Positions 13,008-25,135 of a stretch of DNA of 64,000 bases are shown here, piece after piece. The translations under genes and the position numbers were made by a program. Every line of letters starts with the position of its first letter. Position 1 is the first letter of the stretch. Source of the DNA: Carcharhinus longimanus (lineage: Eukaryota); NCBI GenBank assembly GCA_030264375.1, contig JASCQW010000122.1, forward strand, positions 23,022,517 through 23,086,516, in the 5' to 3' direction. The notes beneath the pieces are model-generated. The model had not been told where the DNA came from and did not search any database. It saw only the letters and a list, made by a program, of their open reading frames with translations.

Positions 13008-14464
13008 CTGGAAATGGGAAACAAAATAAAGGAAAATGATTAAATGAAAAGAAAACAAAAATCCATAAATACAAATGAACACAAACACAAAATGAGAAAA
13101 TATAAAGATGAGTAATCATAACCAAAACATTTACTGTGATGAAGAATAATGTCTTGGACATAGATCTGAATAATTGTTTCGGCTTCCACAATGTAGATTT
13201 GTAAACTAAATGTTTATTACAGCAGCAAAATTGGGCTAAATTGATACTTCCATTTGCAGAAGCAGTGTCACCCATTTCCCTTGAACCCTCTCTTTTTTCT
13301 CCTTTCTACACTTCTAACCAATCTGAAATAATTTCCCAAACTGCTGCACTAACGTGTATGAACACTCGAGTAGTGAGGTGACTACACCAAAAGGAACATG
13401 CAGGGTAGGAACAGGGTGGAAAAACAAACATTACACTATTATTTGGGCTGGGTTTGGTGAAGAATACTGAGTTCAACAAACTTTGAATTTGAGGTACTGA
13501 AGGAAGGAACAGGCACAGTTGGGTAGCACCTCAATTGACTTAAGGTGGTGAGTTCTAGGGCATGATTTTTAAAATAACAATGCAGTACACTGTTTGATAA
13601 AAATTCAGAATTATACATGATTGTTAGTAATATTCTGAAGTGCTGGCACCCCCACAGTAACAGAATGACAAGGCAGTGAAATTAATATCAAAGAATTGGA
13701 ATATGACAGCATTCATGCCCAGGAAACCCAAGTATTTCCAGGTCTGCAAGCCTGCTGAAAGTGGAATACTCAAGTTAAAGATAACTATAAACTTAGTTAC
13801 ATATTTGTGTAAAAATGTATCAACTTTACATTTGTAACAATATTAAGTGAATTTCTTTATACCAATGTTTCCCCCAGCCTGCCCTCAATATAAGAATAAA
13901 GATTAATTTTGTTCAATTCTTGCATTCCAAACTCAGCTACACGTAGGTACACAACACTAAGTATTACAGCTATTTAGTAACTAAATCGCAAAAAAATCTG
14001 ATTTTCCAAAGGCATTAGATTCTTAGCTTTGTCACTAGGATTCTATGTAATACACACATGGACCACATCCAGCAGCCTTCTCAGGAAGAGATTTTTAAGC
14101 ACACTGGCTTAACATGGAACCAGATTTTTCAGGTGTTCTAGTGATGTTATTATTTGTACGGGGGGTGAAGAAAGAATATGCAGGAGGTGAAAATATAAAG
14201 TAACATGTATTAAATATGTCTAAAGTCAAAACTAAAACAAGATACGTGGAACTCCTTTCTTGATCAGATCCTCATTCCATTTGATAATGGTCTAAAATGC
14301 AAAGCCAGTCATTCTTTCATTATAAGTTACTTGCCACCATTTGGGCTGTGAACTTATTGGTAAAGCTGTTCATGAATTTTTATATGCTCATAGAACAAAC
14401 TTCACCTTATTCAGCGGCTTGGCAACAATGGTTAACAGAGCAATATCAAAAATAGCTTCAACTC

Positions 14465-14640
14465 AGCAAATGGTTACAGCACTGGAAGACATTTTGTTTG
14501 ACAAATCCACGCTGGTTCTTCATAATGGCAATTTAGTTGGTTCCACTCTCCACTGCCCTCCCAGTAGTCCTGCAAATTTCTCTTCAGGTGCTTATCCAAT
14601 TTCCTTTTGAAAACCAATTCCCTGTTGGAATCATTATTGT
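14465..14640 (-). mobile_element. Old CR1 3' end
   Basis: Minus frame reads VFKRKLDKHLKRNLQDYWE, followed by a degenerate 3' UTR. Confidence 0.65.
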
Positions 14641-15059
14641 AAAACTGTTTCAAAATTGGATAGTTGCAATCACATATCAGTCCTTGAAAGCTCACACATA
14701 TACACATAGGGTTTTGGCAACTGCTTGTGTGGCTTTTTACAATCTCTAATGATATGCTTGGAGAGGAAGTCTTATCAGAACCAGTTTTCTAAAAAAAAAT
14801 GTAGCAAGGATTTCTGATTAAAATTTAACATCTTTTCATTTTGTTACATCCACTAGATTCATGTTTTGTGAATATTTTAATAGAATGCTTATGGGATAAT
14901 GAAGGGTACTGAGTCTGATAGTGCATATGAGTTAGCATCGCATCAATACTTAAGGACTTACATTAGGCCTCTTGCCTGTACAAATGGTAACTTAGGTCCT
15001 TTCATCTTGCTCCAAAAAATTTAGTGCTGATTTGGCACCTTCTTAACTTGCTACCACAA

Positions 15060-15232
15060 AGAGTAGTTGAGGCAAAGACAGATAGATGCATTTATCCCAA
15101 AGGAAACTGACACAAGGGAGAAAGGAAAAGAAGGATACGTTGATGGGGGTTAGATAAAGAGTATGAGGAGGCTTGTTTGGTGCATAAACTTCGAAAAAGC
15201 TGTTGGACCTGTTTCTGCCTTTTACATTCTGT
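15060..15232 (+). mobile_element. Old CR1 3' end
   Basis: gtagttgaggcaaagacagatagatgcattt...gaggaggcttgtttggtgcataaac...ctgttggacctgtttctg. Confidence 0.6.
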
Positions 15233-15647
15233 GCGCCACTAAAATTCATTTTGGCATTATTGTTTATATAACTTGTTCTTCTTTATAATTTTTTTAAAGT
15301 AACTTGCATGCCTTGTGAGATTACTACCTTCTGCACCTCCTCTGAACACAATGTCCCATTAATGATGGAGACACACTCCATCACTACCATCACTTGAGTG
15401 AGGAGTCTCAAGAGAAACCACAAATACGCATTCCAGTAAGATTTTTTTTTAGATGAAAGCCCAACAAACAGCAAATGAGCAAGCGGCCTGTGCTTTGGCT
15501 GTTGGTCAGAATAGTGCAATGGGATAATTGCAGAACAGCTAGAGCATAACACTCCCTCTCACTTATCCTGCATAACAACCCAGAAGTGTTGCACTTTAGG
15601 TGCTAGTCTATGAGCTCAAGTAAGATTTGAACTCAATTCTGACTCAG

Positions 15648-15772
15648 GGGCAGGATTTTTCAGCCACACATACCTCAATACTGGAAAATCCCACCCAGCG
15701 TCAATGGATCTTTGCATGATCCGTGTCTCACTGCTACGATTCACGTAGCGGGCAGGACAGGAAAATTCTGCC
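15648..15772. mobile_element. Short MITE, probably PIF/Harbinger-type, inserted in a tRNA-SINE head
   Basis: Imperfect TIRs gggcaggattttt ... gaaaattctgcc with a possible CAG target duplication. The flanks join into an antisense SINE head (atttgaactcaattctgactcag|agggtgtatgcaacttactgag). Confidence 0.65.
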
Positions 15773-16225
15773 AGGGTGTATGCAACTTACTGAGTTAAAA
15801 TGTCACCTACAATCTTCACTTACAACTTCAGAAGAATTGCCATCTGAATAAAGAAACTGCTCCGTATTACTTGTGTGGTTCTTCAGTAATCTAAGTGCAC
15901 TCAATTATTTAGGATTAAGAACACTGAGTTGCTGCTAGCTCTCTCTATACAATTGTGCCTTCAGTACACTGTTCATTATCTGGATTTGTCATTTTGCATC
16001 CAATTTTCCCTTGAAACATTTCAAGTTACTGCCTTTTGTTCATGAACCAACAAAACAATTCTGCCCCAGTGGAATAACCCCATTATTAAACAAAACTTTA
16101 GATCAAATGTTTACTATTTTCCAGAATTAAAATCTGAATGCAATAGCATTCCGCAAAATCAAAATACAGCATTCAATTTCATATTATCCACTGGGATACA
16201 CAACAGTCACAGTAAGTGTTCTTAC

Positions 16226-16246
16226 CTTCTTCATTTGGAAGTTGTG
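16226..16246 (-). CDS. TCF7L2: Candidate 21-nt alternative microexon of TCF7L2 (HNFQMKK)
   Basis: Minus strand: gctgAtttttttttccttcaaaag|CAC AAC TTC CAA ATG AAG AAG|gtaaga. Branch-like CTGAT about 20 nt upstream, T9 tract, strong donor, length divisible by 3, open in the phase-0 frame of exon 5. No transcript evidence available. Confidence 0.55.
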
Positions 16247-16811
16247 CTTTTGAAGGAAAAAAAAATCAGCATAACTGCGTAACAGCATCTATTGCCAGCA
16301 AAACTCCCAGATTAAATGCAACACAGGGCGAATAAAGCTCCCCCAACATTGCTTTAATACAGCACCTCCTTCTGTCTTTTCCACTTTCAACATCAATTTA
16401 CCAACCAAGTGAAATGCAAATTTTAAATTCACATTTATGCTTATTAATGAATGATTTTGTGCTTTGAATGCGTGACTGAATAAATTGAGAGTACCCAAAC
16501 TCAACTTACACAAGAACCCACGTATCTGGGCTGGATCTAAAACCAGGTCCCAAAAATGAAAGAGCACCACGCTTTCTCACTGCACTATTCTGCTAAACCT
16601 GAGTGGTTGTCTAAATTTCACTCCTCAAAGCTAAAGTGCACAAGTGTTCTAAAAGACAAATCTTGCCCTATAACTTACTATATAAATCATTCTACTCACA
16701 AAGTACCACCTATCTAGTTGATTGGGAGTTTGAAGTCATTTGGATGTATACCACTGTAAATCAACAACAGGTTCCATATGCAACTCCCAACTTAAGCAAG
16801 GCCTCTCATCT

Positions 16812-17180
16812 TGCGGTGGTAATGTGACAGGACCAGTAATCCAGAGGCCAGGGCGGGGTTCAAATCCCACCATGGCAGCTGATGAATTCAAAATTCAGTT
16901 AATTAATAAAAGATATGGAATTGAAAAACATATAGTTCCAGTTTCACGGCATCATTACTATCATCGTTTGTTGAAAAGTAAACCATCTGGTTCACTAATG
17001 AGAAGATCTGCCATCCTTACCTGGTCTGGCCTACATGTAATTGTAGACCCATAGCAATCTGCATTGACTTGGCATTGCCCTCTGAAATGGCCTAGCAAAA
17101 CAACGAAGTCAAGAGCATTCAGGGATTGGCGTCAAATATTGGCCTTGACAGTCGTGTCCACATCCGATTAAAGATCTTTT
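16812..17180 (+). mobile_element. tRNA-derived SINE with Meta-type central domain
   Basis: Head gtggtaatg...ggggttcaaatcccacc; core ccatctggttcactaatg...atctgccatccttacctggtctggcctacatg...tgccctctgaaatggcctagc. Superfamily name from recall. Confidence 0.8.
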
Positions 17181-17314
17181 TAAAAACTAAATTTTGCTGC
17201 TGCAAATGCTGCATCAAGTACACCACTTCTACTTGAGGATTTCCCAACACTAGGGTGATATCGTCAGAACACATTCATGGATGCCATACATGGAACAGAA
17301 TGCAATTATTCTCA

Positions 17315-18320
17315 TTAGTCAGCAAAGGTAAACTACACCTCCTCCACAATCATCCTCAACGTCAGTGCCTCTCAAGGCTGTGTTCTCAGCTCCTTATTAT
17401 ACTTGTTATACATATGAATGTATGGCCAAATTTCTCTCCAACTCAATTTTCAAGTTTGTTGATGACACCACCATAGTGTGTCATACCTTAAACAATGATG
17501 AGACACGAGCACAGGAAAGTGAGAGAGAAATCTGGTGAACTGGTGCAACAACAATAATTTCTCCCTTAATGTCAGTAAAACAAAGGAGATAGTCATCGAC
17601 TTCAGGAAGCATAATGGAGAACATGCCCTGTTGGGAGTTGCACATGGAACCTGTTGGTTATTTACAATGGCATACATCAACGGGGATGAAGTGGAAATGG
17701 TCGAGAGCTTCAAGTTTTTAGTTGTCTAAACCACCAACGTCCTGTCTTGGACCTTCCACACTGATGTTATCGTTCAGAAAGCCCATCAACAGCTCTACTT
17801 TCTCAAGATGCTAAGGAAATCTGGCATGTTTGCTACAACTCAACAACTTTTACTGATGCACCATAGAAAACATTCTTTCTGGTTGTAGCACAGCTTGGAT
17901 ATGGCTCCTGAGCTGGCCGAGACTGCAAGAAACTTCAAAGGGTCATGAACAAAGCCCAGTCCATTACACATATCGGCCTTCCATCCACTGAATCTGTCCA
18001 CACTTCCTGCTACCTCAGAAAAGCAGCCAGCATAATCAAGGAATCCACATACCCCAGACATACTCTTCCACTTTCTTCCTTTGGAAAAAAGGTACAATAG
18101 TCTAAGGTCACATACCAACACCAATTCAAGAACAGCTTTTTCCCTGCTGCCAGACTTCTGAATGGACCTACCTCATATTAAGTTCATCTTCCTCTACACC
18201 CAATGTAACATTACATTCTGCATTTTCTCCTTCTCTGCAAAGGGTATGCTTTGTCTGTATAGCGCAAGAAGCAATACTTTTCACTGTATACTAATACATG
18301 TAACAGTAATAAAATCAAAC
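17315..18320 (+). mobile_element. Rex1/Babar-clade LINE, 3' ~1 kb
   Basis: caaggctgtgttctcagc (QGCVLS), aagtttgttgatgacacc (KF.DDT), WCNNNNFSLNVSKTKEIVIDFRK...INGDEVEMVESFKFL. Tail ttttcactgtatactaatacatgtaacagtaataaaatcaaa. Confidence 0.92.
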
Positions 18321-19033
18321 CATTATAATCAATGTATTAGGCAAATATGGTCAAGTAGGGTGAAAAAGAATTGTAATCCACAAAAAGCTATCACACTGCA
18401 ATATTGTTTTCCAAGAGATCTGAATCACTTTCAAAATCACTTGGCTGACTCATAGCCAACTCTGTAGTAATATAACCGATAAATTGGGACATCTTCTACT
18501 GTGGTCATTCGATGGATGGGAGTAAAATTAACCCCATCGCATTAATACACACAGGTATGAGGTACTATGAAGAAGCAACCAAAATGAGCAGAAAATAAAA
18601 AGGACTTCAGGTTTCACTTCCAGTTTTGGAGTTAATGCTGAATTCTTCTAAAGTCAGGAGTTCATGTCATGAAAAGAAACATGAATGACATCGACAAGTG
18701 AATGTATGATGGCAAGTGAACATAGCTGCTGCCAACCCATCTTTCCTTCCAGCAGTTTTCACTGGGCATATCCCACCCGCCCACATCACACCCCCTTCAA
18801 TTTCCTGTCTTCACTCATTTTAAACCCACAGTCAACGGTTTCAATTTCCAAAGGTCCCCTCCTTGTGAGCAACAAAAAAAGGATAAATGGTGTGGTTCCG
18901 CCATGAGGGAGTAACTCTGCTATCACAGTTGCTTTCCACCATGGTCTTTCCAGCTTTCACATTTACTCATTTTCTGTCTTTATGTAACTATCGCTATAAA
19001 TGGCATTCCATGATAAGCTGATTGGATTGTTTC

Positions 19034-19308
19034 AAGTTTATTTTTTGGTGTCGCAAATAGGCTTACATTAACACTGCAATGAGGTTATTGTGAAAATCCC
19101 CTAGTTGCCACACTCCAGTCTGTGCGGGTACACTGAGGGAGAATTCAGCATGGCCAATGCACCTAACCAGCACATCTTTCGGACTGTGGGAGGAAACCCA
19201 CACAGACATGGGGAAAAACGTGCAAACTCTGCACAGACAGCAACCCAAGCTGGGAATCAAACCCAGGTCCCTAGTACCGTGAGGCAGCAGGGCAAACCAC
19301 TATGCCCC
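19034..19308 (-). mobile_element. V-SINE, tail B
   Basis: Reverse complement of the 6869 element: ggcttacattaacactgcaatgaggttattgtgaaaatcccctag...ggactgtgggaggaaaccc...gggaatcaaacccaggtccc. Confidence 0.9.
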
Positions 19309-21220
19309 CATGTGTGATCGTATGGGATCTATGATCATGATTGACTCTTTAACTATACCCTCTTTGCCCTCACACCCACAATTGCCCACACGATGGCCTT
19401 GTGTCATCGCAACAGTCCATCCAAAAGTGCAGCCCTCCAAAGCATAACCAGACATGAAAAACAGAAGAAAATCCTGAGACTATAATCAATAATTAGTCAT
19501 TTTGAGGGATTTTTGGAACTAGTAACATGCAAACTATGACTTTATTTTTTAAGATGGGCGCAGTCTTGATCATGTTTAAAGAAAAGAAAAGCCAACTCTT
19601 TATGGCCAAATGTGAAAGTGCTTTTTGGAACAAAGGCCTTTATTTAATAATTGGAGCATGTATACAAGTTATACTCTAGCCATCCAGGNNNNNNNNNNNN
19701 NNNNNNNNNNNNNNNNNNNNNNNNNNNNNNNNNNNNNNNNNNNNNNNNNNNNNNNNNNNNNNNNNNNNNNNNNNNNNNNNNNNNNNNNNNNNNNNNNNNN
19801 NNNNNNNNNNNNNNNNNNNNNNNNNNNNNNNNNNNNNNNNNNNNNNNNNNNNNNNNNNNNNNNNNNNNNNNNNNNNNNNNNNNNNNNNNNNNNNNNNNNN
19901 NNNNNNNNNNNNNNNNNNNNNNNNNNNNNNNNNNNNNNNNNNNNNNNNNNNNNNNNNNNNNNNNNNNNNNNNNNNNNNNNNNNNNNNNNNNNNNNNNNNN
20001 NNNNNNNNNNNNNNNNNNNNNNNNNNNNNNNNNNNNNNNNNNNNNNNNNNNNNNNNNNNNNNNNNNNNNNNNNNNNNNNNNNNNNNNNNNNNNNNNNNNT
20101 AGTGCTGCTAGTCTGCACAACATGTAATTTTCAATTATGTTAAGGCATAACAAGATCACTGCTTGTAGTGCCTTGTGAGTGTGAGGAAATGAGACTCAGC
20201 CCTACTGCAGAGAGAGATAACCAGAACCAGATGGGCACAAGCAGTCCTACAGAGTTACGTAGTAGTAACCACCCCACAAACAATTCACTCGCACAATGGA
20301 CAGACGCCAGATAATTGCTGAGGCCCCATGCTTTCTGCACATAGCATACAGCGTTAAATTCTAGACCAGGAAAGTATGAAGGAAGCACAGGTCAAGAGGT
20401 TTAATGACAAATTGCTATAAGCAGAATATTTCTGTAAGACTTAAAATTGGATTTCCTACAAGGACAGGTCAAAAATATTTGAACATCATAGTTATTTATT
20501 CATTAATTCTTCCTTACATCCCCCCCACCAAAAAATCTCAAATACACACATCTTTCAAACATACACACCTAAAATTACAGAGTAAAAGATCTATACGCTT
20601 TTCGACAAAAATATAGAATTTTTTTAAAAAATCCAACTGTTGTTTAGAAAAGATTAATTTCATTCCAAATCCCCAAATAATCCAATAGCCATTTAAATAC
20701 AACATACATTTGGGATCCCAATTCAGCAATTCCACCCTCTCCTTTGCTCGAGAGGTCTTTGTCAAGGTGGCCCCAATGCTCACCCCCTTAAAACTAAAAC
20801 CCAACAGCCCATATTGGCAGCTTAGAAAGTGACAAGAGGAGAAACTATTAATTTCAAAATAAGTTAACATATGTCTTAACTGTTATCTGCCAACTTCTCA
20901 TTGCACATGGCATCCACATGCAGGGACACTCACAAATGCATGCAAATGGGATACTTTGGTTTCCAGAATTAACTTTTCCTACAGCATTTTCAGGTTTCTT
21001 ACAAATGGGCAGGAAAGTGCTTCATGGGAAATTTGACCACTCTATTAAGTACCACAGCTCTCTCATTAAGGGTGGCAGCAACACTCAAGTAAACCAGGGA
21101 GTTCTAGAGAATGAAGCGAAGTATGACAAGCAATCTTAACCAAATAAAAGTGAAGTCAGGAGACACGCTGATCAAGTCCAATTAGTACTGGTGGTTTGTA
21201 CAGTTTTTTCTTATTCAAAT

Positions 21221-21539
21221 ACAGTGGTTAGCACTGCTGTCTCACATCTCCAGGAGATCCAGGTTTGATTCCCGACTTGGGTCACTGTCTGTATGGAGTT
21301 TGCACATTCTCCGCATTTGCACGCGTTTCCTCCGGATGCTCCGGTTTCCTCCCACAGTCCAAAGATGTGCAGGTTAGATGGATTGGACATGCTAAATTAA
21401 CCCTTAGTGTCCCAGGACATGACAAATTAGAGGGATTAGCAGAGTAACTAAGCAGGTATAGGGCCAGGGTGAGATTGTTGTCGGTGCAGACTCGATAGGC
21501 CGAATGGCCTCCTTCTGCACTGTAAAGTTTTTATGATTT
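21221..21539 (+). mobile_element. HE1 V-SINE, CR1-type tail
   Basis: cagtggttagcactgctgtctcac...ccggtttcctcccacagtccaaagatgtgcaggttag...gcagactcgataggccgaatggcctccttctgcactgta. Confidence 0.92.
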
Positions 21540-22595
21540 CAAATACTTCAATACATGGGCCACTATAAATACAATACCAAAGAAAATCAAGTTACCACGA
21601 CAAGTGTAATCCTTCAGCTTTCTATTGAGATGCAAGGTTGCATCCACAAGTTAACTTTCCTCATTAGGGATCAGCATATTTGCAGCATTTTCTGCTTTCA
21701 TTTCCAACATCTCCAATTTTGTTTACATATAAAAAAGGCACTGGGCTGGGCAACATATTTCCAATCCCTAATTGTTCATACTAAGCACACGCCATTAAGC
21801 ACATTGACCAGTAACATGTACTGCAAATGCCAAGCATTGCAATGTGTATTTTAGGTGTGTTTCTGTGTACAGACCAAAATATCACTAATTTAAAATCTGA
21901 TACCACCGTCTGTTTTATCAGTGCCCACTGATCACGGAGTCTTCTGATCGATAAGCAGAAACTGTCACCTGGTACTTTAATCCTCTCCTTTATATTACAT
22001 CCATATTGGTGCATAATGCCTCTTTTATGTGACCTTCACACCAGAACTTAATTCCCCCTTTGTGTCTCATGTTAAAGTTGAAGCAGTTCTCCAATACAAA
22101 ACTTTAGAATCTGCATTATATTTATATTGCACAGCATTGAAGAAGGCAAATACACAAATTTTATACATGCATGGCTGTCTGGAAGTCATAATCACCACTT
22201 CCGATTTTAGCCACCAGGCAATTCCCCATTATTGAAGCACAGATCTACAATGGAAAAGCAGTTGCCATCAGCAGTATTTATATTTGCTACAGTCAGCTCC
22301 ACTGCCTTGGGAGGAACCAAGGGAAAACCACTGCTTCCTTCAAGAGCTGCTGTCAGTGACAATGCAAGAGTTCAGGGGGGGTCATTAGGTCATTCATACA
22401 CCAAAAGATCAAAATATCAAAAAAGCAAAAGACATTCTGCCCAATGATATGACACTTTGTGGATTTGTGGGATGGCAGTACAACTTCAGGCCAACAAAGT
22501 TCTGAGGATCACACAGCTTGGCAATAGGATGAACAAATTTAAGTGATGTGAGAGGGAAATGATTTAGAAATCAGACTTCAAACAATGAAGCATTG

Positions 22596-22875
22596 TAGAA
22601 GCATAGAATCCTACAATGCAGAAGGAGGTCATTCAGGCCAACGAGTCTGCACCAACCACCATCCCATCCAGGCCTATCCCCATACCCCATACATTTACCC
22701 TAACTAGTCCCTCTGTCACTAAGGAGCAATTTAGCATGACCAATCCACCTAACCCACACATCTTTGGACTGTGGGAGGTAACTGGAGCACCTGAAGGAAA
22801 CCCACGCAGACATGGAGAGAACATGCAAACTCCACACAGACAGTGGCCCAAGCCACTGTACCAGCATGCTGCCCC
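22596..22875 (-). mobile_element. HE1 V-SINE, CR1-type tail, deletion in head
   Basis: catagaatcctacaatgcagaaggaggtcattcaggcc...catctttggactgtgggag...caaactccacacagacagtggcccaagcc. Confidence 0.9.
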
Positions 22876-24559
22876 ACTGTATTGTTCACCCTTTATACTG
22901 TGGGTCTACTCTGAAGGCAGCCAACAGCAGCAAGCTTGCCACATAAGTGCTGGTGGCACTGCAGCACTCTTAGACCAGGGATTAAATATCTCACCTCCAA
23001 AATGGATTTGCCAATTTTTCTCATCATTGCTGGCAAGTGGGTCAGTCCTGCATTTATGAAGGTGTGATTATACACATGATGAGATATCATTGCAGCCAAG
23101 AAGGAAGAAATGTTAACTGACAGAAAATTAAAAATAATTAGATCAACTGCAAAGTTGATGCCTATAGGCAAGATAAAGTGAGAAACTTAAATGACAGACT
23201 TTGAGATTGATCCAATGTTGCATCTTCTAGAGAACATCCCAACTTAAATTGCTGCCTGTAACACAGGCTGTCAACATGTGACAGCACCCAACATTGATGC
23301 TGCCAAAGGCAGTGACCATTAGACTGTTTAGAGGCAACCCCCAAATTAATGGCATATCAAATGAGACAGCTTGGTGAGCAGTTTATATAGGCATTGAGGT
23401 AAACAGAAACCTGCTGGATATAGGAAGTTAGCAATTCTGTTTGAAACAAAATCTAAGAATTGATGGCTGTCTAGTGAAGATCATGATTTAGCAAGTCCTC
23501 CTTCAACAGCCCTAGTAGTCATATGATAGAATAATGAAGCTGTTGACTAATCATACATGATTAGTCAAATAATGTCTATAATTAGGCTACAACGTATTCA
23601 TTCAAAGAAATGGCAAGAAAACCTCCAGTGATAGAAAACTTTGGGAACCATAGATCCAAAGTCACCTGTTCCCACAAGCACACTACACTTGCCATGTCAT
23701 GTCTCAAATTACTCTCATACTGCAGTATTATTCATGGCAGGAAATTGAATTTGCATTTGAATCAAGCAATACTATTTAATTCCACCATCGCCCTTGGGAG
23801 CCTATTCCATAGATTCACCACGTGCTCACTGAAACATTGGCCTGGATCTTGCAGTTTGTGGCCAAGCATATCAAAGAAAGCTGCACATGACAGTTTAGCA
23901 GGCTCCACAGCAGCGTCAATCTTCCCAATTATGATGTCAATTTACTTCATACACTTCTAAAGTGGGTCTGGTGACTAGGAACAGTATCAAAACGAACAGT
24001 GCAAACAAATAATCAGATTGAAGAATTCCCAGACAGCAAACCAAGAAGCAAACACTGTTTATTTAAATAGTATTTTTTAAACATACTAAAACACCCAAAT
24101 ATAATGCACTAATTATGCAGTTTTTAATCATGTTGCAAAGAGCAAAACGAAAATCAAGACAAATGGGATTACAGTAACAAATATTAAAATTCAAACAAAA
24201 TTAATTTTATTTTGAAAACCTATGGAATGGAGGCAAATGCCAGACTTCAAAAATCAGTTTTTCAGGGACAGGGAGGTTGTTCAGCAGTAACCATGCCTTA
24301 GTACACCATAAAAACTCAATCACAACACATTCAACAAGGCATAACATCTTCAATGGTTATTATAGAAAGAACAGTACATAAAAGTTGGAAGTTCAACTCA
24401 AACCACTGATTTTGTGAAGACTGTCTGTGACAATGCACCCCAATGGAGGAGTGGCAACTTCTGGATTTCTACATGTGCAGCAGCCAGAAGTTGTCATCAG
24501 TTCCACAAAGTAATGATGCCAAACACCAACAGTTTCACTGTCAATAAAACCACAATATT

Positions 24560-25135
24560 TATGTGCAATCCAATCCCTCCATTCTGGTTAGCCTCTTTGG
24601 CATCTTTACAATAGCTGTTGTATCTTTTTGAACTGCAGTGACCAGACCTGCCCACAGTTTTCAGAGTCTTGTCACATCCACGATTTATAAAGTAGCAGGA
24701 TTACTGCATACTTTTAAACTCAATAGTAATCTCATCAACCTAATGCCTGATTTGCTCTGCCAGCAAGCATGGTCACAATAGTTTCAATTTAACAGGTCAC
24801 TGTCATTTTCCATACATCTTTTCTTTCCATTTAAGTAATAGCCCCTTCCTGGATTTGGCATCCACACGTGGAGCACTTTGAATACCACCACATTGAGTTT
24901 TCAACTGCCATAGGTAGTCCAATTCCAAAATATATTCAAAGCCCGCTTAGTTTGTGCTGTTCAGATTCAGACTTTATCATCTTTGTTAGCTTTGTATCAT
25001 TGGCAAATTTAGCCACTTTGCTCGTCAATTCCAGCACTAGATCAGTGAAGTAGTAGTAAAGACAACCAGGGAAACGAAATCCCAGATCATTGGCAATGCC
25101 TCCATCACTACCCTCTGAAATTATAGGGCCCATTA
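24560..25135 (-). mobile_element. Old CR1 RT fragment
   Basis: Minus ORF reads ...DLVLELTSKVAKFANDTKL (KFADDTKL motif). gaactgcagtgaccagacctgcccacag is the rc of a .VQ.WSP.F-like motif. Confidence 0.7.

Noticed and set aside
19625-20159. Long ORFs (149-172 aa), and similar X-filled ORFs at 2058, 3187-3588 and 46413-46692
   Set aside because: They are artefacts of reading through N gaps.
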